Source of the DNA: Azolla caroliniana
Taxonomy: Eukaryota > Plantae > Polypodiophyta
Reading direction: 5' to 3'
Assembly (NCBI GenBank): GCA_043228905.1
Contig: JBHGNT010000003.1
Location: 14,632,001 to 14,696,000 of the forward strand
DNA: 64,000 bases
Within the stretch, counting starts at the first letter, position 1. The number at the start of each line of letters is the position of its first letter. Of this stretch, positions 1 to 11,918 are shown one piece after another. The translations under genes and the position numbers were made by a program. Under the pieces are notes generated by a model, which saw only the letters and a program-made list of their open reading frames with translations, was not told the DNA's origin and did no database searches.

Positions 1-20
1 ACGAGGAAATCAGCGGAGCC

Positions 21-1994
21 GTGGAGGCGGTCTCCTTCGACGACACCTTGGGGATGCTGAGGAAGGTAGCCAGAGAAGACCTTAACGAAGACCGGACGAT
101 ACCGGTATGTTCCGAAGAGATGTACGAAGTCATCGCGAACTTCAGTCAGGGGCTCGGGTCAGATCGGATGGCCCGAGTTAGCACAAAGTACAAGATTGTG
201 GACCGGAAGGTAAGGCCAGTTGCGGCACCCTTACCAGAGGGCAGCGAGTCCCGAATCAGAGGGATTGCGTCGGACCCCAGCTTACGAGATCCGGTCTACA
301 TAGGACACACCTTCACCGACGGGACGCTCCGGGAGCTCAAAATAGGTGGGGGCGGGTTCTTACTGCCGGCGGAGGAAGACCGGTTTCGGAGAATGCTCAG
401 AAGGCATGGGAAAGCCTTCGCATTCTCACCGGAAGAGATCGGGTGCGCAGACCCGACAATCGTGGAGCCGATGGTGATATTCACGGTACCGCATGTGCCG
501 TGGAATCTCAAGCCGATTCCAGTACCGAGAGCTCACATCCCGAAGTTGATGGAGCTATTGAGGCAAAAAGTCGATATGGGCATTCTCGAACCGTTGAGTG
601 CCCCATACTCGAACCGATGGTTTACCGTACCAAAGAAAAACGGAATGATGCGCTTCATTCAAGACCTGCAGCCGGTCAACAGAGTGACCATTCGGAACGC
701 AGGAATCGGACCGACCATAGACGAGTTCGCGGTGGCCTTCGCCGGAAGGTTGATTTACTCGGTCAGTGATCTATACTCAGGGTACGACCAGTTCCAGCTA
801 GCCGTGGAGAGCAGAGACATTACGACGATGCGAACTCCCCTCGGCCTAGTGCGAATGTGTACCCTGCCACAAGGAGGGACCAACTCGGTGGCCCACATGG
901 TGAATGCAATGAACAAGGTACTGAGGGATTGCATACCGGACATCACCATGCCATTTCTAGACGACATCCCGATCAAGGGGTGCCCGGTGGAAGAGAAGGA
1001 CGCAACACTCGGACCGGAGGAATGCCGGCAATTCGTGGCAACACACATCGACGACTACGAGAAGGTGCTACAAAGGCTAGAGGATGCGAGGCTCACCTTC
1101 TCCGGGGAGAAATCGGCCTTCGGGCAATCAGAAATCCTGGTGGTCGGACACCTATGTGGACCATATGGCCGGAAGCCGTCTCCGGCAAAGGTAGAAGCCA
1201 TCTCCGCGATGAAGATCTCCGCAAAGATTGTGGCTGATCGCGGGGAGTTGGACGCCGAAGAGGCCGAGGAGCTGTTCGACCGGCTAGGAGTCAAGCTCTC
1301 GCTTACCACTGCGTACAACCCGGAGGCGAATGGGAAGGTGGAGCGTGGACACGGACCGATCGTCAAGGCGTTAGTACGGGCATGCAGAGGTCAAGTCGGG
1401 AACTGGCCGCGGCTGTTGCCTTACGCATTGTGGGCGGACCGAACTACGCACAGTTCGGTAACCGGATTCATGCCGGCAGAGCTCATGTTTGGGTAGAAGC
1501 CGATCATGCCGATGGAACGTACGATCTCCTCATGGGCAACCGTGAACTGGAAAGACGAGATGAGCCGGGAGGAACTGTTGGCGGCGCGCATACGACAGCT
1601 CGAGCGAAGACCGGAGGACGTGGAGCAGGCTGCGGGAAAGCTTCGGGTGGCAAGGACGAGGAACAAAGCCCGGTTCGACCGAACGCATCGGCTCCGACCA
1701 AAGAAGATCGAGGAAGGCGACTGGGTGCTAGTCTACGACAGCAGCCTCGACAACCAGCACCGAGCGACACGGAAGTTCGCAAGAAGGTGGTTCGGGCCTT
1801 ACGTGGTACAAAGCGCCAACGACAACGGGACGTACCATCTGGCGGAGCTCGACGGCACGAGAATGGCGATACCGGTAGCTGGGAAGCGGATCAAAGCGTT
1901 CAAGAAGCGTCATGACGACGAGCCGGATCCGGTTAACCTGGACCACGACGACGAACGATCCGAAACCGAGGAAGAACCGACGGGCGGGGAATGA
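21..1994 (+). pseudogene. pol: Gypsy pol (RT fused to integrase core; RNase H and integrase Zn-finger deleted; internal stop at 1494-1496)
   Basis: ORFs 21-1496 and 1506-1994 are in the same frame. Comparison with the copy at 44160-47380 shows ~1.3 kb missing after KVEAISAMK. Confidence 0.92.
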
Positions 1995-2067
1995 AGGCTG
2001 GACCGGTTTTCTCCGTCCCAACTCAATTTGGCGCATGCCGGTGGATGCGCGGTTAGGTGGGGGCGGA

Positions 2068-2699
2068 TGTCGTGAAGAAAACCGTCCACAAGCGGAATCG
2101 GTGCGCCGAAGCATAGGAACCGGCTCTTCATGCACGTACGCCTTATGTTGTACATAGTAGATCCTAGGTAGGTAGATTCGGTAGGTAGGAAGTTAATGGG
2201 GAACGGCTCCTTCCTTGCCTATAAAAGGAGGGAGACGAGGAGGGGGGAAGGGATCGCAGATAGAGGAGGACGAAGTGTTGTTGGTTTGTGGAAAAAGGCT
2301 TCTCTCTCTCTCTCCCCCAAGCTCCGTGGCTTCTTTCTGTGCAGGTTTCGGGAGGCTCGCGCTACTCTGAGGAATGCCCGAGTGCTTCCGGCAGCACCTC
2401 CAACCTACTCCTTTCTTTCTGTGCATTTACGAACAGGCATCGACATCTGTTCGCCGGCTTGTTCGGTTGTAACCGACTTCGTGCTTCTTGTTGTTTTTCT
2501 TGTTGATATATATATTTACATACATTCGTGTCTCTCTGTGTCGGTGTCGCACTCGCGTCTTTGTGTCGAAGGGCCGTGTCCCTGTGAATCTACGCTCGCA
2601 CGTAGTGGGTCCCCTCCCTTCTCCTTTCTCTCTTGCCCTTCGGTACAAGACCCCTGAGGTCCCGCCTCGTTCCACGCATCCGCGAGGAATACCTCGACA
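2068..2699 (+). repeat. 3' LTR of Gypsy A (632 bp)
   Basis: Starts TGTCGTGAAGAAAACCG, ends CTCGACA, has TATAAAA at ~2220, and is homologous to LTR 29102-29758. Confidence 0.93.
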
Positions 2700-5080
2700 A
2701 CGTGCCTCGAGAGCACTTTCAGATTGCCGAAGTTCGGTCATCTGTTGAACGGTGAAACTAAGGTATTGAGTTATTTGGGAAAAATACATCTCAATGGACA
2801 TTTGTCGAGGAGGATCTCCTTGAGTTCCTTCTGCTTGAGCGGATGACATTGGGTCGTTATTTTGAGCCATTAAATGATTATTTCTGGCAATGAAATAGGA
2901 TAAGGTCAGACAAATAGTCATAACATCATGTCATGATGTAAACATATCATGGGCAAACATTAATCGATATCATGATCTCACGTCAATACCCCTCTAGACA
3001 TATGAGATGAGGTTCAAGATCAGGTTACTATGGTAACACAAAGGTGGTTTAAAAACCATGGTTGTGACAAATTAATGTCTTTCCCTGATCTCTATATTGA
3101 TTTTTTCATGGCGGCTCCTCGAGGCTCAACCATGTATGTTCGCGTCATGAGTAGTTTATACACGAAAAAAATGTTAACAATAAACTATGTTTCTGTGCCC
3201 ACATATGTGGTTTCGGCTCTTTAATTCTATTACGAGGACCCCGAAATGCACTTACACCTCAAGTCTAAACATGTGTTATAGTGATATGTATCAACGATGT
3301 TGTATGGTCTTGGTCATATTTGACCTCGGGACCTCGAGAACAAATGCATTAAACACTTGAGTCAACCAAGTAGGTCGCTCTTCTTGAATGTTTAATGCTT
3401 CATGCATATAAGAGATATGCGAGGCATTTGCCCATATATGTTTTTTTAAAAGAAACATATATGTCAAGATTCCTTATTTCCCCCTCGTTTACTACAAAAT
3501 ATGTTGGTATGTTACGTAACCTCAAATCTCGTAATTACGATGGCATACGCCAAAGTGCAACTTAATGGTCAAGCCAAATGAGCCCTCTTTTCGTAGTAGG
3601 CCCACGTGGCCCATCACATGGTTACGTCATTACGAATGCCTCTCGTAAGAATGATCTCATGGTGGCATTGTATCCATGTAACGAGGGAGGGATGTTGGAT
3701 ATGTGTGTCATAGGAGCGACCTCACATGAAGTGGGTCAAGCCCTATGTTCTCAACATCATTGTGGCTATAGGCATTTCTTTATGTAATAAAATCGAAGAC
3801 ACCAAGGAGAATGTCAACAATAAAAAATTGTTGAAAAAAGGGATGATGACAACGCCATTCTCATAAAAATGTGAGGACGGCCACCAAGATCCTTTCCCCG
3901 AAAAGGAAAACATTCGATATAAAGATCACGTAATATAAAATATACGTATATGTTTATTTATCACATATATACAATCAAATACATAAACACGTGACCACAT
4001 ATACGTATATTAAAAAAACCCGTAACATCAAATAGCCAACATATGATGAAATCAAGACACGTAATCGAGGCATGTCTACACACACGAAACATCCAAAAAT
4101 AAGGGTTAATCGTAATACACAATTGAGGTATTGACTTCATACGCATACGTAACATATGTATGTGAGCGTAATACGCAATTGAGGTATTAACCTCGTACGT
4201 ATACGGCACTAATCACATATTAAATATATGTCAAAAGAGGTATTGACCTTATACACATATGTACAAACGTTTTATAAAACCAATTAATTACCACTACAAC
4301 ATCATTGAATTAATGAAAACAATTACATATAGACTATACACATGATTAGATGGGAGAAGAAAATATAGAAAAAAAAGAAGGAAAGAGTTACTTAAGTTCC
4401 TTTGTTGATCGTTGTCTGGATCAAGGCTGACCGCACATCGATCGATCATGAATTGGGGCTCGGCTTATTTGGATATTGACGATGAAATTCAGTTACCAGA
4501 TTGGAGGCGTTGTCAAGATTCTCGGCTAGTTCCCAAGTACGATCATTAGGTGTATAACCTACCATCAATCAACAAAACAAAAGACAACAAAAGAAACATT
4601 AGCACATTAGCTTGGATACCAACTATTAGAGACATGAACTAATGTAAGCATTAGATAAGGATAGAATATAGATAGATATATAGAAAGGAGAGAGAAAAAG
4701 AAGGGTGCCGATCCACCCGACCACCCCCGAGCGAAGGGATCGAGACGGACTCGAGCCTCAATCAGTGTCCCATACCACCGTCGTGGCGTCAAGTCGTACC
4801 TGGTGCTGGCGCACTCGCTACAAGAGTTGACCCACCACAAGACAGAGTCTCGACGTAGTCAACCAAATGATCAAATGAGGGTAGCTAAGCCTCTTATTTA
4901 TAGCGATACCCAAGGCCCCCAGGCAAGTTCATACTTCACCTAATGGGTTATCTCAGTCTCGAGGATTAAAAGTAATCCTCCCCTTCTTTACACTCTCGTT
5001 TAACCCTCGCACTTATCCACGTGTATAGAATACTACAGTAAATTCTCACCACGGGATATTATATGGTCATGCCCGTAACA
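2700..5080 (-). mobile_element. Old minus-strand LTR retroelement 'K': 5' LTR (4624-5080), degenerate tRNA-iMet PBS, long AT-rich leader, start of a gag-like ORF interrupted by element A
   Basis: The minus strand starts TGTTAC at 5080, has TATAAATA near 4900, and ends CTAATA (decayed CTAACA) followed by GT-TGGTATCCAAGC (4610-4621). The minus-strand frame MSSAQAEGTQGD...LRQSESALEAR runs into the A LTR at 2700. Confidence 0.6.
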
Positions 5081-7158
5081 CTCACTGTTATATCATCAAT
5101 GCTTTCCTCGCTCCCTCGGATCCTCTACCCCTTTCGACCCTTGGTGGCGTACAATCTATCGTCCGCAAGGCAGGGCGCATATCACCATATGATCTCGTCT
5201 GAGTGCACTAGTGGGTATTCCCGCCCATACGCGGACGAAGTTCATTGCAACCCAAGTATTGGCGACGAAATCGGGCCTCATTTTCGACATTCGGGTTCAT
5301 GCTCCGAACGAGTTGCACTATCGATGCTTCCAACACCAGCTTGTAGTTGTAGTATAGTGGTGAGTATTCCCGCCTCACGTGGGGGACCCAGGTTCAATCC
5401 CCGGCAACGGCGCGAAGGCCGACACGAATCTTATGCCATCTCCTAGGGCATTGTCGCCTAGGATCCCTCACCGCCATATAATCAATACAATCCTCGCTCC
5501 CCCGGATCCTCTACCCATTTCGAGACCTTCGGGGTACAATCGGTCATCCGCGAGGCAGGGCGCACATCACCATATGATCTCGTCTGAGTGCGCTCGTGGG
5601 TATTCTCAATCCGAACATGTTGTACAATCGATATTTCCAACAGAAGGATGTCGTTGTAGCATAATGGTGAGTACTCCCGCCTGTCACACAGGTGACCTCG
5701 GTTCGTTCCTCGGATTCGATGTCATCTCCAACGGAATGGGCGCCTTGGATCCTGCATCGCCATATACTCAATGCTCCCCCGGTTCCTCTATGCCTTTCGA
5801 GCCCTTGTGGGGTATAGTCGGTCGTCCACGAAGCAGGGCGCATATAACCACATGAACTCATCCGAGTGAACTCGTAGGTATTCCCGCCCCTAAGCAGACG
5901 AATTTTGTTTCAACCCGTAAACTAGCGACGAGAGCGGGCCTCGTTTTCTACATTCGGGTCCATGCTTTGAACGAGTTATACGATCGATACTTCCAATACG
6001 AGGCTGTCATTGTAGTATAGTGGTGAGTATTCCCGCCTATCACGCGGGTGACTGGAGTTCGATCCCCGACAACGGCACGAAGGGCGGGACAAATCCGATG
6101 TCATCTCCTACAGAACGGACGCCTTGGATACCGCATCGCCATATCCACAATGCTTTCTTCACTCCCCCGGATCCTCTACCCTTTCCGAGCCCTTGCGGGG
6201 TACTATGGGTCGTCCGCAAGGCAAGGCACATATCACCATATGAACTCGTTCGACAACACTCATATGTATTCCCACCCTTAAGCGGACGAATTTCCCTTCA
6301 ACCCGTGTACTGGCGACGAAAACGGGCCTTGTTTTCTACATTCGGGTCCATGCTCTGAACCAGTTATACGATCAATCCTTCCAATACGAGGACGTCGTTG
6401 TAGTCTAGTGGTGAGTACTCTCGCTTGTCATGTGGGCGACCCGGGTTCGATTAGCGTCAAGGGTGGGAAGGGTTGGCCGAATATGATGTCATCTCCTACG
6501 GAACGGGCACCTTGGAACCCACATCGCCATATCCTCAATGCTTTCCTCGCTTCTCTGGATCCTCTACGCCTCTCTAACCCTTATGGGGAACTCTCGGTCA
6601 TCCAAGAGGCAGGGCGCATATCACCATATGAACTAATCCGAGTACACTCGTGGGTATGCCTGCCCATAAGCGAGCGAATTTCGTTTCAACCCGTAAACTG
6701 GCGACAAAACCGGGCCTTCTTTTCTACATTCGGGTCCATGCTCTGAACGAGTTATACGATTAATACATCTGAACACGAGGATGTCGTTGTAGTATAGCGG
6801 TGAGTATTCCCGCCTGTCACGTAGGCGACCCGGGTTTCATTCCCAACAACGGGGCGAATGGGATGTCATATCCTACGGAACGGGCGCCTTGGATCCCGCA
6901 CCGCCATATCCTCAATGCTTGCCTCGCTCCCCCAGATCCTCTACCCCTTTCGAGTCCTTCCAGGGTAGAGTCCGTCGTCCGCGAGGAAAGGCGCATATCA
7001 CCATATGATGTCGTGTGAGTGCACTCGTGGCTATTCCCGCCCATAAGCGGGCAAATTTTGTTGCGACCCGTGTACTGGCGACGAAACCTTGCCTCTTTTT
7101 CGATATTTGGGTCCATGCTCCGAACGAGTAACTCGATCGATACTTCCAACACGAGGCT

Positions 7159-10100
7159 GTCGTTGTAGTATAGTGGTGAGTATTCCCGCCTGTCACGCGG
7201 GCGACCCGGGTTCGATCCTCTCCAATGGCATGAAGGGCGGGGCAAATCCGATGTCATGTCCTACGGAACGGTCGCTTGGGATCCCGCACCACCATATCCT
7301 CAATGCTAGCCTCGCTCCCCCGGATCCTCTACCCCTTTCGAGTCCTTCCAGGGTAGAGTCTGTCGTCCGCGAGGAAAGGCGCATATCACCATATGATGTC
7401 GTGTGAGTGCACTCGTGGGTATTCCCGCCCATAAGCAGGCAAATTTCGTTGCGACCCGTGTACTGGCGACGAAACCTTGCCTCTTTTTCGATATTTGGGT
7501 CCATGCTCCGAACGAGTAACTCGATCGATACTTCCAACACGAGGCTGTCATTGTAGTATAGTGGTGAGTATTCCCGCCTATCACGCGGGCGACCCGGGTT
7601 CGACCCTCTCCAATGGCATGAAGGGCGGGGCAAATCCGATGTCATGTCCTACGGAACGGTCGCTTGGGATCCCGCACCGCCATATCCTCAATGCTTGCCT
7701 CGCTCCCCCGGATCCTCTACCCCTTTCGGACCGTTCCGGGGTAGAGTCGGTCGTCCACGAGGAAAGGCCCATATCACCATATGATGTCGTCTGAGTGCAC
7801 TCGTGGGTATTCCCGCCCATAAGTGGGCAAATTTCGTTGCGACCCATGTACTGGCGACGAAACCTTGCCTCTTTTTCGATATTTGGGTCCATGCTCCGAA
7901 CGAGTAACTCGATCGATACTTCCAACACGAGGCTGTCGTTGTAGTATAGTGGTGAGTATTCCCGCTTGTCACGCGGGCGACCCGGGTTCGATCCTCTCCA
8001 ATGGCATGAAGGGCGGGGCAAATCCGATGTCATGTCCTACGGAACGGTCGCTTGGGATCCCGCACCACCATATCCTCAATGCTAGCCTCGCTCCCCCGGA
8101 TCCTCTACCCCTTTCGAGTCCTTCCAGGGTAGAGTCTGTCGTCCGCGAGGAAAGGCGCATATCACCATATGATGTCGTGTGAGTGCACTCGTGGGTATTC
8201 CCGCCCATAAGCAGGCAAATTTCGTTGCGACCCGTGTACTGGCGACGAAACCTTGCCTCTTTTTCGATATTTGGGTCCATGCTCCGAACGAGTAACTCGA
8301 TCGATACTTCCAACACGAGGCTGTCATTGTAGTATAGTGGTCAGTATTCCCGCCTGTCACGCAGGCGACCCGGGTTCGATCCTCTCCAATGGCATGAAGG
8401 GCGGGGCAAATCCGATGTCATGTCCTACGGAACGGTCGCTTGGGATCCCGCACCGCCATATCCTCAATGCTTGCCTCGCTCCCCCGGATCCTCTACCCCT
8501 TTCGGACCGTTCCGGGGTAGAGTCGGTCGTCCACGAGGAAAGGCCCATATCACCATATGATGTCGTCTGAGTGCACTCGTGGGTATTCCCGCCCATAAGT
8601 GGGCAAATTTCGTTGCGACCCCTGTACTGGCGACAAAACCTTGCCTCTTTTTCGATATTTGGGTCCATGCTCCGAACGAGTAACTCGATCGATACTTCCA
8701 ACACGAGGCTGTCGTTGTAGTATAGTGGTGAGTATTCCCGCCTGTCACGCGGGCGACCCGGGTTCGATCCTCTCCAATGGCATGAAGGGCGGGGCAAATC
8801 CGATGTCATGTCCTACGGAACGGTCGCTTGGGATCCCGCACCACCATATCCTCAATGCTAGCCTCGCTCCCCCGGATCCTCTACCCCTTTCGAGTCCTTC
8901 CAGGGTAGAGTCCGTCGTCCGCGAGGAAAGGCGCATATCACCATATGATGTCGTGTGAGTGCAGTCGTGGGTATTCCCGCCCATAAGCAGGCAAATTTCG
9001 TTGCGACCCGTGTACTGGCGACGAAACCTTGCCTCTTTTTCGATATTTGGGTCCATGCTCCGAACGAGTAACTCGATCGATACTTCCAACACGAGGCTGT
9101 CATTGTAGTATAGTGGTCAGTATTCCCGCCTGTCACGCGGGCGACCCGGGTTCGATCCTCTCCAATGGCATGAAGGGCGGGGCAAAGCCGATGTCATGTC
9201 CTACGGAACGGTCGCTTGGGATCCCGCACCGCCATATCCTCAATGCTTGCCTCGCTCCCCCGGATCCTCTACCCCTTTCGGACCGTTCCGGGGTAGAGTC
9301 GGTCGTCCACGAGGAAAGGCCCATATCACCATATGATGTCGTCTGAGTGCACTCGTGGGTATTCCCGCCCATAAGTGGGCAAATTTCGTTGCGACCCATG
9401 TACTGGCGACGAAACCTTGCCTCTTTTTCGATATTTGGGTCCATGCTCCGAACGAGTAACTCGATCGATACTTCCAACACGAGGCTGTCGTTGTAGTATA
9501 GTGGTGAGTATTCCCGCCTGTCACGCGGGCGACCCGGGTTCGATCCTCTCCAATGGCATGAAGGGCGGGGCAAATCCGATGTCATGTCCTACGGAATGGT
9601 CGCTTGGGATCCCGCACCACCATATCCTCAATGCTAGCCTCGCTCCCCCGGATCCTCTACCCCTTTCGAGTCCTTCCAGGGTAGAGTCCGTCGTCCGCGA
9701 GGAAAGGCGCATATCACCATATGATGTCGTGTGAGTGCACTCGTGGGTATTCCCGCCCATAAGCAGGCAAATTTCATTGCGACCCGTGTACTGGCGACGA
9801 AACCTTGCCTCTTTTTCGATATTTGGGTCCATGCTCCGAACGAGTAACTCGATCGATACTTCCAACACGAGGCTGTCATTGTAGTATAGTGGTGAGTATT
9901 CCCGCCTGTCACGCGGGCGACCCGGGTTCGATCCTCTCCAATGGCATGAAGGGCGGGGCAAATCCGATGTCATGTCCTACGGAACGGTCGCTTGGGATCC
10001 CGCACCGCCATATCCTCAATGCTTGCCTCGCTCCCCCGGATCCTCTACCCCTTTCGGACCGTTCCGGGGTAGAGTCGGTCGTCCACGAGGAAAGGCCCAT

Positions 10101-10262
10101 ATCACCATATGATGTCGTCTGAGTGCACTCGTGGGTATTCCCGCCCATAAGCAGTTGAATTTCGTGGTGACCCATGTCCTGGCGACGAAACCTTGGCTCG
10201 TTTTCGACATTCGGGTGTATGCTCTGAACTAGTAACTCGATCGAAACTTCCAACACAAGGAT
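7159..10262 (+). repeat. 776-bp dimeric higher-order repeat (4 A/B pairs) of tRNA-Asp pseudogene units
   Basis: Diagnostic variants alternate: GTCGTTG vs GTCATTG, and CGAGTCCTTCCAGGG vs CGGACCGTTCCGGGG. All 8 tRNAs have T-stem 3' strand CTCTC instead of CCCGG. Confidence 0.95.
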
Positions 10263-10340
10263 GTCGTTGTAGTATAGCGGTGAGTATTCCCGCCTGTCAC
10301 GCGAGCGACCCGGGTTCGATCCCCGACAACGGCGCGAAGG

Positions 10341-10910
10341 ACAGCGCGGATGGGAAACGGTATGAGGAGTACCCGGCTACGGAGAGCCGGATGATACAGG
10401 CCCGGTGTGATCCGGATGAGGAGTACCCGGCTACGGAGAGCCAGATGATACAGGCCCGGTGTGAACTGGAGGAAGAGACATATTCGTAAATATGTTTCTG
10501 AGAGCCCATCGAGGCTATATTTGTAAATAGCCGAAAAGTCATATTAGTATAAATATGACTTAGGGCAAACTTTTAGTATCTGTTGTCATTTTCTGTTTTG
10601 CACGAAATCAGAGTGTGTAACTGTACTGAGAGAGAGAGAGAGAGATCGAGCTTGTTGCCTCTGTTGTAACCGCCGCGTGTGGCGAAGATCTTTGAGCACG
10701 AGGTCGTTGCCTCAGTGAACTCACTATTGTACATTCTCACATAGTGACAGTTTGCAGACCGTGGGCTGCCGTGGTTTTTTCCCCTAGTTTGGGGTTTTCC
10801 ACGTAAACCTCCTGTGTATGTTTCTCATCTTTGTGTCGAGTTTTATTTCCCGTTTTTCTGTGTATCTTTCTACCCTCGGTTGTGGCCGAGCGTCGCGCAT
10901 AAGGAACGTC
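10341..10910 (+). mobile_element. Terminus-less LTR fragment related to the Copia G LTR, inserted in the array
   Basis: Shares GCCCATYGAGGCTATATTTGTAWATAGCC, ATATTAGTATAAATATGAC, (GA)n and CTCGGTTGTGGC with LTR 57016-57591. Has an internal 54-bp duplication (10362/10416). Confidence 0.8.
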
Positions 10911-11259
10911 GGGGCAAATAGGATGTCATATCCTACGAAACCGGCGCCTTGGATCCCGCACCGCCATATCCTCAATGTTTTTCTCGTTCCCCCGGATCCT
11001 GTACTCCTTTCGATCCGTTCCAGGGTAGAGTCGGTCGTCACGAGGCAAGGCGCATATCACCATATGATGTCGTCCGAGTGCACTCGTGGGTATTCCCACC
11101 CATAAGCGGGCGAATTTCGGTGCGAACCGTGGACTAGCGACGGAACCTTGCCTCGTTTTCGACATTCGGGTCCATGCTCCGAACGAGTAACTCGATCGAT
11201 GCTTCCAACACGAGGATGTTGTTGTATGATAGTGGTCAGTATTCCCGCCTGTCACGCAG

Positions 11260-11918
11260 TGTCGCGTTGTTACGCGTGTGCGTATAGAACGAGGCGGGAC
11301 CGTGGGGGTCTTGGACTGAGGAATAACCGATCAGGAGTAGGTGCCAGAAAGACAACGGTCGTGCTTCCACACACACACATAGATACACAGAAACCGCGAT
11401 CGAGTGAAACAAGACAAATGTGTGTATGTGTATAAATATATCAGACAAAAAGGGGGTTATAACCGGTGGGCTGGTGAGCAAGACTCTCTCACGAGCACGT
11501 ACACGCACACACACAAAAGAGCGAGATGGAGACCCTGCTGGAAGCACACTTGTGTTCCGCGGAGCAGAGTCAGCCTCTCAAAACCTTACACAGACAAAGA
11601 CCGCGAAAGCTAGAGGAGCAGAGCTCAATCTCTAGTCCGGTAGCACTTCGTCCTCCCCAAAAGCGATCCCCTCTACGATTCCTCTCCCTCTCTTTTATAT
11701 CCCAAGGAGGGAGGCCCTTACATCATCTTTATTCTCTCTCCTTTCGGACAGAGATACATCTCGATTTTCTACCTAACCAATGCATGTTGTCCAGGATATT
11801 TATATCAGCTGCCTTGTACTTATTTATATATATTACAACAAAACTTGTGCCCGCGTGTTAGGGCCGGTTCGTGCACATTATTCTCCAACTCCGCCTAGGG
11901 ACAGTTTTCTTCACGATA
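11260..11918 (-). mobile_element. Solo LTR of the Gypsy A/B/F family inserted in the anticodon arm of a tRNA-Asp copy
   Basis: Reverse complement starts TATCGTGAAGAAAAC and ends TAACAACGCGACA. The tRNA 5' part lies at 11218-11259 and the 3' part from 11919. Degenerate 4-bp TSD GCAG/GCTA. Confidence 0.88.

Larger units (their letters stand above)
1..2699 (+). mobile_element. Ty3/Gypsy LTR retrotransposon 'A', 3' part (pol remnant, PPT, 3' LTR)
   Basis: RT motifs (LPQG, FLDD), integrase core (DRGE, YNPEANGKVER) and GPY motif. Purine tract at 2051-2067. LTR 2068-2699 with TGTCG...CGACA termini. Same family as the copies at 29102 and 41152. Confidence 0.95.

Noticed and set aside
7248-7290. A third, older tRNA ghost (GATGTCA…TCCCGCA) just after each tRNA
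   Set aside because: Only two short motifs with the wrong spacing; not distinguishable from chance by eye.
7440-7480. Hammerhead ribozyme (CTGGCGACGAAAC)
   Set aside because: It lacks the CUGANGA core and stem II. The ghost tRNA 3' end or a simple hairpin explains it better.
7231-7546. 5S rRNA, snRNA or a definite snoRNA in the spacer
   Set aside because: No recognisable 5S, U6 or 7SL sequence. The ATATCA (H-box-like) and ATGATGT/CTGA (C/D-like) motifs have the wrong spacing.
7159-10262. CRISPR-like array
   Set aside because: The 'spacers' are homologous to each other and ~316 bp long, there are no cas genes, and the context is eukaryotic transposable elements.
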